From Octopus sinensis (Eukaryota), in assembly GCF_006345805.1 (NCBI RefSeq), contig NC_043002.1, positions 46,562,001 through 46,626,000 on the forward strand: DNA of 64,000 nucleotides, written 5' to 3'. Shown here in pieces: positions 39,052-49,295 of the stretch. The translations under genes were made by a program, and so were the position numbers. Numbering within the stretch: position 1 is the first letter of the stretch; each line of letters starts with the position of its first letter. The notes beneath the pieces are model-generated. The model was not told the origin of the DNA. It did not search any database and worked only from the letters and a program-made list of their open reading frames with translations.

Positions 39052-39476
39052 TGTACCTCGTAAAACATAAAAGATATACTGTGAATAACCTTAGCCACTC
39101 TAATACTTCAACATTGTGAATCTTATTCAATGTGCAGAATATTCAAATTCTTTATTGTTTGTTTAAAATAATCTAAAATTTAAATATTTATTTCATTCTG
39201 TAATTAAATATTTGCATTTTTTTTTGTTCTGAAGTTATTTTTTTTTAATGTTATTTAATTATTTAATTAATAGTAATTCTTTCTCGTCTTAAAATTTAGA
39301 TGAATCATTAAAAACAAAACAAAAAAAAATCAAATATAAACCCTAACTAAATACATTTTATTGCATTTTGGTAGAGTCATGTTTGTTTACAGGTCAATTT
39401 TCCGAATTAATAAACACGATTTTTAAAATTTATCTTTCACTTCTTAAATATTCAGATTATCATTAGTATTACAATC

Positions 39477-39560
39477 TTTTGTCACACCACATGAGCTATT
39501 CATTGATCTCAACTGTATCTCCGTTACGATCAATGAACAGGTCACATGGGTGTGGCAAAA
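39477..39560 (-). ncRNA. Candidate pre-miRNA hairpin
   Basis: ~32-bp imperfect stem with a 19-nt apical region; three plus-strand A-C mismatches become G-U pairs on the minus strand; lies in non-repetitive DNA. Confidence 0.4.
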
Positions 39561-39790
39561 TCCCTGTGATATTAATTATTACGGCTAATGATAATTAACG
39601 ACAACGAACAGAATATTAAATCCTCCTTCTCTGTAAATATTTTATTGGAGGTACATCTGAAATATACAAAATTTGGCATTTGACTGAAGTTATTGTTTCA
39701 TAAAATGACAAAAAATTATTTTACACTTTTTCATTATTATTGCTGCCGTTGTTTTTACGGTTGTTATTGATGTTGTTGTTTATAGTGTTG

Positions 39791-39822
<32 letters not shown>

Positions 39823-40044
39823 GTTCTTGTAGTTGTTCTTGCTTAGCCCAATTTCAAACTTGGTCGACCAAACCTATGATTAAAGGTATTCCAATCTTGT
39901 TTGTCTGGTGCTTATTTTCAGACTTAATGCATCTAAAACTACATTACCCCATCTGTCTCCCAGTATTATTAGCTTTGTTATTATTATTGTTATTGATGTC
40001 ATCATTGTCACCATCAACATCCTCGGCGGCAGCAGCAGCAGCAG

Positions 40045-40365
40045 TGGAGGCGCAAAGGCCCAGTGGTTAGGGCAGCGGACTCGCGGTTTCGATTTCCAGA
40101 GCGTTGTGTGTGTTTATTGAGCGAAAACACGAGGCCCCGGCAGGGGGTGGTGGCGACCTCTGTTGTACTCTTTCGCCCCAACTTTCCCTCTCTTTTTCTT
40201 CTTGTTTCTTGTCCCCGACTTCCTACACAATCGCTGAGCCTGGATGCGCATTCATCCATCCGTCGATGCTCTCGGTGTCGGGGGTTGGCCTGCTTTCTCT
40301 TCTGCGGGTCTTACGACTAGCAAAGGACCATGTTTCGGACCGTTCAACAGCAACAGCAGCAGCAC
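40045..40365 (+). mobile_element. SINE family C variant
   Basis: tggcgca..ggcccagtggttagggcagcggactcgcgg..ttcgatttcc tRNA-like head; homologous to the reverse of 32500-32693. Confidence 0.7.
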
Positions 40366-40574
40366 CATACTTCAGGTGTTGACTGGGTAAGTTTTGAGTA
40401 GTCTGTATCAAGGTATGTGGACATAGGTAATGAGTACCTTCGGCAGAATGTTGGCAGTTCCAAGCAATGCTGACTTTTGAAAGGCTTTACAATATAGTAG
40501 TTGCAGGAGTTATATTCAACTCGATGATTGGTGTTGCAAACAGACTTGTTAGGAATAGAACCAACGATTCTAAA

Positions 40575-40778
40575 TCAATATTGGTTTCAAATTTTAGCAG
40601 AAGGCCATCAATTTCGGGGAGGAGTAAGTCAATTGTTCAACAGGCACTTATTTTATTGACTCTGAAAGGATGAAAGTCAAAATCGACCCTGGTGGTGGTT
40701 GAACTCAGAACGTAAAGTCGGAAGAAATGCCACTAAGCATTTTATCTGGTGCAGTAACGATTCTGTCAGCTCGTCGCC
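40575..40778 (-). mobile_element. SINE family A copy
   Basis: gaaaggatgaaagtcaaaatcgacc..gaactcagaacgtaa..actaagcatttt. Confidence 0.75.
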
Positions 40779-40834
40779 TTAATCTAAACTAATATTGGCA
40801 CAACTTTACTCCATCGTATTCTTCGGAATATCGA

Positions 40835-40930
40835 TCAATTTTCTCGTGCTTCTTGCTTGCTATACTGCGTTCGCTTGGGATAGCAACATCTATGATGTAA
40901 CATTTCCGTGCTTCTTTTTTCTCCACAATG
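40835..40930 (-). pseudogene. Short R4/Dong-like RLE fragment
   Basis: VEKKEARKCYIIDVAIPSERSIASKKHEKIDRYSE matches the IDVA.P...K..EK..KY endonuclease motif. Confidence 0.65.
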
Positions 40931-41137
40931 AGTCGGTAGAATACTTAGCGCATCGGATAAAAATGCTCAGCAGCATTTCTTCCGGATCTTTACGTTTTGT
41001 TTTCAAATCCCGTCGAAGTCAACCTTGTCTTTTCATCCTTTCGGAATCGATAAAATAAGGTACCAGTCAAATACTGGAATTGACTAATTGATTTGCTTCT
41101 TCTTTGAAAATTGTTGGCCTTGTGTCAAAATTAGAAT
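40930..41137 (+). mobile_element. SINE family A, decayed copy
   Basis: aaatgctcagcagcatttc..gtcaaccttgtcttttcatcctttcgg..gtaccagtcaaatactgg. Confidence 0.65.
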
Positions 41138-43032
41138 CATCGTATTCTTCGGAATATCGAGGTCCCTCCGCCAGTCGTGCACTGCAGTTAGTGGATGTTC
41201 CACCATAGCATTCTACAGAGGCTTAGTGGTGAGTAGGAGCGACGACATATTCAAGGAAACTCTGGGCGTCGATGAAAGTCAACTCACTGGTCTTTTTCTA
41301 GAAGATTTTCGGGCCGGGACCCATGAATAATTTTCTGGTAGTGATATCGGATGTGAAGGATATTGCCGGTTCGGAATGAACACTGCAGGCATAGTTGTGC
41401 CGTCATCCGAACATTTCCGAGATGTGCAGAGAGTGACGAATTCGCCCTGCACGAGATCGCACATATGCATTGCTGATTGTGGAGTTCTGTCGAAAATAAG
41501 TGTATTGTTTATATACATACATATAACAAAGTTATATAAACATAAATCGTTACATATAAAACGAAAGTGAAGCGAAGCAAGCCGTTATATAGATATTTAA
41601 TAGCAACGTAACTTTAGTATTACTTTTGTTGAAAAGAAAAATACTAGAAGTGTATTTACCGTTGTTAAAGCAGTGAAATATTAATTCTTAGAAGAATGCC
41701 GGTAAAACATACTGTAATGATAGGGGATTAATTTTGTGACAATAGTATGATAAACGATAGTTGATACACAGCAGGATGGATGTAATCTGTTTGTAAGATG
41801 TGAAAGATAAACATTGCATGACGTTTTAAGGGAAATATTTATTTACTGTACATTGTATATAATACCTTGCCTCGACAGGCAGGTGATAAAAATCCAAAAG
41901 CATGCGAAGCAAAAAAGTTAATTTCGGCCTGTGTGTTTTTGTTGTAGTAGTATGTTCTTTTTGTAGCAGTAAACCATAGAGAGAGATATGGTAAATATGC
42001 AGAGAAGAGAAAGTAAGTTAGTGAAAGTGAGAGAGTGTGGGACGAAACAACTGCTTCGTTAGCGAGATACCATAGTTGTTCTCTTTACCCTTTTCTTTTT
42101 GCGACGACGTTTTGTTTAGCCTTTCAGCCAGACTCCGTTCTCACCAACTGAGGTGTCAGCAACTGAGTTGTCACCAAGTGACTAACTGATTTTTGCTTGG
42201 GCTTCTTGCTTTTATAACTATCCAGAAGGATAGACATATCATTGAGAACAATAGATTAAGTTGGTGGTCTTGTTATCTTAATTCTAGCTTTTGGTGAATT
42301 AAGCTTTTGGTGAAATAGAAGAGGTTAGAAAGGGTCAAGTGGTGAAGACATTATTTCGGCCTAGCTAAGGCATCTGGAAAATGTAAAACTGCTGTCACTG
42401 AAAAACTATTGTTCCACCGTGAGAAAAGTTCTGTTGAACTGTTAGTTGAAATTTGGCTATGGTGGATCGAATACACTTCATGCCTGCAAGATCCACTACT
42501 CAGCTATAAAATTAAATATTGCGAAACAGTTGTTAGCAAAACGTGCATTTCATATTAAAAAAAAAAAGCAAAAACAAAACAAAAAAAAAACACTGAAAAA
42601 TCAATGAAAAATATTACCAGAAAAATAAAGGAAGAATATTATCAGAAGAAAAGACAAGCTGTAATAATAAGAGCGATTCCTTCCACCAAAAATATTTCGA
42701 CACAAAACGTTATCAGCAACTAGAATAGGCTTAAAACAAAATATTATTAGTATTAAAGAAGCAGGAAGAAAATACTCACTGTTAATGATAATAAATGTGT
42801 AAGAAAAATGCAATGAAAATTCACACAAATAGCAAATGAAGTTGTAGAGATATTCGAACATGAAATGTTTGCCAAGTAGAAATTCAAATGAGAGGTTACT
42901 TGTCTTCGCACATGTTCATGAATTGCAGTCCGGTCATGGACAGTCGAGAACAGCATGGAAAAGGTTACTGTTTATCATTGCTCATATATTACCGGACGTC
43001 TATATTAAACATGTACTTCGTAAAATAATATT

Positions 43033-43070
<38 letters not shown>

Positions 43071-43077
43071 ACTCACA

Positions 43078-43122
<45 letters not shown>

Positions 43123-43136
43123 TCTATCTATCTAAC

Positions 43137-43490
43137 AACCAAAAGAAAAAAAAAACGAAAGGAAAAAAGAGACCCATTTACTGTAATGTATTTTCTTTTT
43201 GCCCAAGGTCCCCGTGGTCTTTTCCGTAGGCTTTTCTATCCACGGACAAACCTAATCCGTTTTCCCTTTTTACACTGACATTTCTGTAATACACGATCCC
43301 TATTGATCGGCCCCCAGCTTTTTTTCTTTTCACGATCCCTTTTGATCGGAATTCCACCCCACTTTTTTTTTCACGATCCCTTTTGATCGGATTTCGTCCC
43401 CTTTTTTTCCTCTTTTCTTCCCAAAAAGAAAAGCTCTACCTTGTATTTTGTCCCTTCTGTGCTTAGTCCTGCGTGGCCAATAAAGAAATT
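43137..43490 (+). mobile_element. Isolated 3'UTR of a Tx1-related LINE (5'-truncated insertion)
   Basis: ttgcccaaggtcccgtggtcttttccgtaggcttttctatccacgg, gatccctattgatc and the terminal AATAAA region align with 57098-57395. Confidence 0.75.
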
Positions 43491-43659
43491 CATCCATCCA
43501 TCCATCCATCCATCCATCCATCCATTCATCCAACCATCCATCCAACCATCCATCCATCCATCCATCCATCAATCCATACATACATACATACATACATACA
43601 TACATACATACATACATACATACATACATACATACATACACACATACATACGAATATCT

Positions 43660-43805
43660 GTTTCACACCAACTCGTGATAATCAGTGTTGGTTTGTTTAT
43701 GTCTTCGGCAATTAACAGTTCAGCAAATGACACCGATAGAATAAGTAACAGACATAGAAAAAAACCCAGCCTGGTCAAAGTCCAATGACTAAATCAAATA
43801 AAGAG
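43660..43805 (+). mobile_element. SINE family B, 3' fragment
   Basis: gttcagcaaatgacaccgatagaataagtaac..gtcaaagtccaatgactaaatcaaa. Confidence 0.55.
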
Positions 43806-44338
43806 TTAAAAAGCAAAACAAAAAACAAAACAATCATATATTATCTCCAGTAAATTGACATAAAAAAATAAAACAAAATGTTTCTGGATAACTTTTATAG
43901 TGCCATGTATTTTTCTGTGTTGTGTTTATCAAGTAGCAAAAACAACTTGGTTTATGTCATGCTAATGCTCGATTGCATGACATAGCCAATTATTTCGTGT
44001 TGACATTAGTGTGATGCATTTGTCGTGACGTCATTGTGTGGTTGTTTACAATCTCTTGTATGTACATAGAAATATCAACACACCTCAGTTAAGCCACAGG
44101 TGAGAAGACAAACTTTTCGCATTTGTTTTAGTTGTAGAAAAATAACGACGCTAACATAATTTGATGTATTACATAAAATGCGTTTTACGACATATTATTC
44201 AAAACGATGGTTTCCGTATTTATAGTCTTGGGAAAAGTATATGAAGAGAAATATGGTAACTATCATAAGACAAGACGTATAGTGGCATAATGTGCATGCG
44301 TTAAGGTACATATTAAGTGTAAAGTGTGTGTGTATATA

Positions 44339-44388
<50 letters not shown>

Positions 44389-44416
44389 TGTATGTATATA
44401 TATATATAATATATAT

Positions 44417-44486
<70 letters not shown>

Positions 44487-44595
44487 ATACATACATACAT
44501 GTATGTATATATATATACATACATACATACATACATGTATGTATATATATATACATACATACATACACACACACACACCACACACACACATATAT

Positions 44596-44640
<45 letters not shown>

Positions 44641-44643
<3 letters not shown>

Positions 44644-45281
44644 TATATGGGTACAGGACGTTACCAAGAGTAAACAACATGAAATACGAAAACAAATGAG
44701 TTCAATATGCAAACAAGAGAGAAATATCAGTTGTGGGCTGTCTATTTTCTCCCCTTCACCGTTTTCTCTCTCTCTCCATCTTTCTCTCTTTCTCTCTCTC
44801 GTTGCTCACACGTGTCCATCGTCCATCCTTCTTTTGTTCACATAATCATCTTTCTTTTCTTTCAGAACTGTCCTAAGGACTGGACGTATCCGATCTCTCT
44901 CTCCTTTCTATTCTTTTGTCAAAGAAAATATTTATCCAGCGTTCGCTATTTTACCCTCGTTCTGGTTTAACGACCCTCTATGTTTGCTTTCGTTCGGTTT
45001 CCTTGTATATTTCCACTGTCCTGTTTTTGTTCCCTACTTTGACCCTCTATAAATTCCAAATTTTATTTTGGTACTTATGAGAGCAACTGTCTTCGAAGAC
45101 TCATATTGTCGTTCAATGCTCGAAATGAGGAGTAGATAGACAGCCGACAACTGATGAAGGGTGGTTTTTTGTGTTACTTATCCTGTTATCCATTTGTTTC
45201 TCTCGTTGTTTGCGTATTGTACTCATTTGTTTCCGTATTTCATGTTGTTTACTGTTGGTAACGTCCCGTGTCCATATATGC
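44641..45281. repeat. ~640-bp element with long imperfect inverted terminal arms
   Basis: 44641-44724 pairs with 45197-45281; 44727-44752 pairs with 45129-45154. Confidence 0.8.
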
Positions 45282-45282
45282 A

Positions 45283-45441
45283 CAAAAGACGAAGACAGGT
45301 GGTGTAGAAAACAAACATGCATTAGTATAACGCTCGGGAATTGAAAAAGTCTTTAACGTTTCGAGCCTACTCTCTTCCACAGAAAGGAACACAGAAAGAA
45401 ACATGGAGAGAAAATAATGTGTGTGTAGTGGCTAGCGATCT

Positions 45442-45445
<4 letters not shown>
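45283..45445 (-). repeat. Dispersed hammerhead-bearing repeat, copy 3 (motif 45351-45386, CUGUGGA core)
   Basis: Homologous to 13848-14040. Confidence 0.75.
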
Positions 45446-45506
<61 letters not shown>

Positions 45507-45544
45507 GTAAAAAAATGATATTAATTTGATTAATATCAATTTAA

Positions 45545-46690
45545 ACCAGTGGCATAGCATATTGAAAAATCTGAATATATATATATACATTTAAAATGTA
45601 CCGGTTTGAGTCTTTGCGACTTTTTCATGAAAAAAATTTTAAATTGTGGAAAATTAAATGAAATGTTTATTTTAAAAATATTTCCATAGTTTTCCAATGC
45701 AAGGGACATTTTCCTTTTTTTCTGTCTGTCTCCGTTTCTCAACAGTAGTTCTAATATTTGATATGTATTCTTGGTTTTGATTCTTTAAGCAGCAGTAGTA
45801 GCTGAGAAAAGAAGCGACGATGACAACGACGAATAAAAAGAAGAGGAAGAAGAAGAATAGGAAGAAGAAGAATAGGAAGAAGAAGAAGAATAGGAAAAAG
45901 AAGAAGAAGAAGAAGAAGAAGAAGAAGAAGAAGAAGAAAGAAGAAGAAGAAGAGGAAATAGGGAAAGAAGAGAAAGAATAATAAAATAATGCAGGAGTGG
46001 AATGACAGTAGTAGGATGTTGCTGGAATCCTCTTAAATGGTCAAGTGACCTAAAAGTGACCTGTTGTAGTTGTAATAGTAGTGATTGGAATTGTACTGAA
46101 TAAATTCATGGGTAGTGACTGTTCTGAATATATCACTTTTAATATTTGCGTGGGTATTTTTCTAAGCCCTTGTAGTGGTGTCATTTGTGGTGGACGCATT
46201 CAAAAAGGGTTTATATTTTGTGATAAAATATGACTCTTTACTAATGCGCTGACTATAGGTTGCATAGTTCCTAAATTTATAGAGGGGAAAATTTCTGAAG
46301 CTGGGTTGTTTGTTAGTGGATCAAATGACGATGTGTTCACTGAATGCTATTTTTCTGTATTCCCGAATTTTGATCTGGGATCTATGTACAGCCATCCTTT
46401 GACATAGACTGTTTTTGGTTTTGCCTATGTTTTTGGTTTGGCTTTCGACACCCAGAGCAAGTTAATACTTATATTCGGTTCTCCGAAGCTCACGTGAAGT
46501 TGTTTTTCACTGTAAAACATTGACTCTATCTGAAAGAGAACTCCGATCCCTCAATTAGGTTGATGCATATACCACAGTTAGGTCTTCTGCACTTTTTTAC
46601 TGACGGCTTCAGTGTTGTTGTCGAGCGTACCTGGGCTTGTGTTAGGAGACTTTTCATAGATTTGGATTACCTTTTGCTCTTTATAAATAA
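45545..46690 (-). mobile_element. Penelope-like element remnant 2 (Cys-rich linker, GIY-YIG, pLTR-like 3' piece)
   Basis: KCRRPNCGICINLIEGSEFSF, VLTCSGC, IGKTKNSLCQRMAVHRSQI, KESYFITKYKPFLN on the minus strand (46189-46680); 45545-45745 is homologous to 30720-30905. Confidence 0.8.
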
Positions 46691-48539
46691 TTAAGCTGTG
46701 CAGATTGTTCAGCAAGAGATTGCAGAAATTTCATTTGTCGTGTGCGACGAGAGTCCACCATAACCCACACGCACACACACAATATTGTATCCAATTTAAC
46801 GTGAATTTTCTGTTTGAACACTGAATGCTGTGTATTAACCTAGAGAGATATTGTCATATAGATGATTGGTGCATAAAAGCACATATATCGATCGCCGGAA
46901 CTCCCATATCACGCGATTTTATTCTACTGGAAATCGTCAGTGGGAAGTGTCCTGTCGCTGCGTGCCAGTCAAATCTCGCTGCTACGATATATAAAATATC
47001 AGCATCTTTTCAGATACTGATGTCGTAGATAATCAGCAGACTAATCAAAATTGAAGTATTAGCAATAGAAGCAGTATTAGTATCAAAAAGCAGTCTTTAT
47101 ATCGAACTTAACGTGGATGTCTTAGAAAACCAAATGCTGCGTTATTAGCCTTGAGACATCCTCTCATATAGGCGCTTGTTGCTTGAGAGCGCATACATAG
47201 ATCGTAGCAGATAAAAATCGTGTGTCACGTGTGCCGGAACACCTATTTCAAGTGATTTCATTCTATTGGAAATCATCAGGGGCAGGCATCCGGCCACCAC
47301 ATGCCAGTCAAACCTCGCCACCACGATATATATTTATAAAATATCAGAATCTTTTCAGACACTGATATCGCAAGGTTTAGTCACGGTTATTACCAATAGT
47401 TTAGTTACCTTTGGTTTATACCTGAACCAGCTGGCCCCGTGCCGTCAAAAATGACGGTTATTTGTAGTATTTTATATATAAATATGGATGGTAAATCAAA
47501 AATTGATACACTTGTCAATGCTATCTAGTGGTTGTCTTTTGAGATGTGACATCATCATGGTTTGTTACTGAAAGAACGCTGGTTCACACATACATTCACA
47601 TACTTCCCTTTTACACGCACACACATACACACAGAGTTGAAACGTTGTTTGCTTTCTCTTTTTAGCGTTGAATGTTCACCATCCCACTTCCAATGCACAC
47701 CCACACACCTCCCTATTACATACATACACATACTCACACAGTTGAAACGCTCCTACCACCAGTTTGCCATCACCGCTTCCTTCCTTATTCATCTATCACC
47801 CCTTCCTTTCTCATTCATATGCTGTGATGGAGAAAAATACGAGTATTATTATAGTATATGATAAATCATCGATAAAATACATTGAAAATGTTTGTCCCCA
47901 AAGGAGTTGAATTTGTGACCCTCTACGTCAGACGTACCATCGAATTATGTGATAAAAATTTGTAAACAATAAATATAATAAATATAAATGAATTCAGTGT
48001 AGGACAGAAAAGACGAAGATGGGCCTTACTTTTATTGGAATTTGATCACTATAAACCTTTTTCCAGTACACTAATTGTGACGAAGTTTACAGAATTAGAT
48101 TACATTCATTGAGATCTTTTATTTAAGCGTGATTTTTTAAAAATAATGCGGAAGTAAAGAAATTATATTGCGTAGAAGTTACATCTATGAGTTCTTCTGC
48201 CATTTTTGAACACATATTTTATCGTTACTTCTTTCCCCCACACAACCAATTTTCTATTCTCATATCTGAAAATGTAACAGAATACTGATTGTTTTCAATG
48301 AACTTAGTCAAGAATGAATTAGCATTGAATTTGGTCAAGAACTGAGTTAACTAGAGGGTATAGATGTGGTCGCAAAAATAGAAATGTTGACTTTAAGACT
48401 ATTATTCATTCACTACTTTGGGTGAATGATAGGCAGTGAGTTGTTTCACAATAACTGGATACTTGTGATGAATACATTTCGAAAGCATATAAGTCTTTCA
48501 TACGATCAACTGTGATGCAACTCTTTTCCATTTTGCAGA

Positions 48540-48830
48540 GCATTGAGTTCGATTCCTGGACCGGGCTGTGTGTTGTGTTCTTGAACAAGGCACTTTATTT
48601 CATATTCCTCCAGTTCCCTCAGCTGTAGAAATGAGTTGCGACATCGCTTGTGCGGAGCTGTATCAGCCTTTGTCTTTCCCTTGGATAGCATCGGTGGCGT
48701 GGAAAGGGTGCTGGTATTCATGGGCAACTGCTGGTCTTCCATAAACAATCTTGCCCGGACGTGAGCTTCTGAGGGTAACTTTCTAGGTGCAATTCCATGG
48801 TTATTCATGACCGAAGGAGATCTTTACTCT
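48540..48830 (+). mobile_element. SINE family C, head partly lost
   Basis: Collinear with 21985-22270. Confidence 0.8.
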
Positions 48831-49069
48831 ATATATTACATAAAGCTCATTTAATGAATATATAAACAAGGTCATAAGTAGTTAATTTTGAATTCATTAC
48901 ACAATCTAAACACTCATATATATAAAAATTTGTGTTGATTGGCTTATGTCAATTATTGTTTTAAGTTTTCTTTACAGTTAATTTCAAAATATTAGTTACA
49001 ATTTTTTTATTATATATAATTGAAAATGCTCTGCCATTGATAAATGGTTAAATATGTGAAAACGATGCT

Positions 49070-49295
49070 GAAGTAATAGTGGTTGCAAATTCTGGCACAA
49101 GGTCCACAGTTTTAGGGGAGAAGCTAAGTCGATTACAAAGAACTCGGTGCTCAACTAATACTTATTTTACCAACCTCGGAAGGATGAAAAGCAAAGTCGG
49201 TCTCGGTGGAATTTGAACTCAGAGCGTAAAGAGCCAGAAGAAATGCTACTAAACACTTTGACCGACGTGCCAACGATTCTGCCTGCATGTCACCT
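49070..49295 (-). mobile_element. SINE family A copy
   Basis: ggatgaaaagcaaagtcgg..ggaatttgaactcagagcgtaa. Confidence 0.75.

Noticed and set aside
43569-43778. ORF with a signal-peptide-like N-terminus (MTRLGFFLCLLLILSVSFAE)
   Set aside because: It is the antisense of a SINE family B fragment running into (TATG)n; the same peptide pattern appears in other SINE B copies.
45115-45165. GAAA upstream of CTGATGAAGG as a type II hammerhead
   Set aside because: Stems I and III could not be built convincingly.
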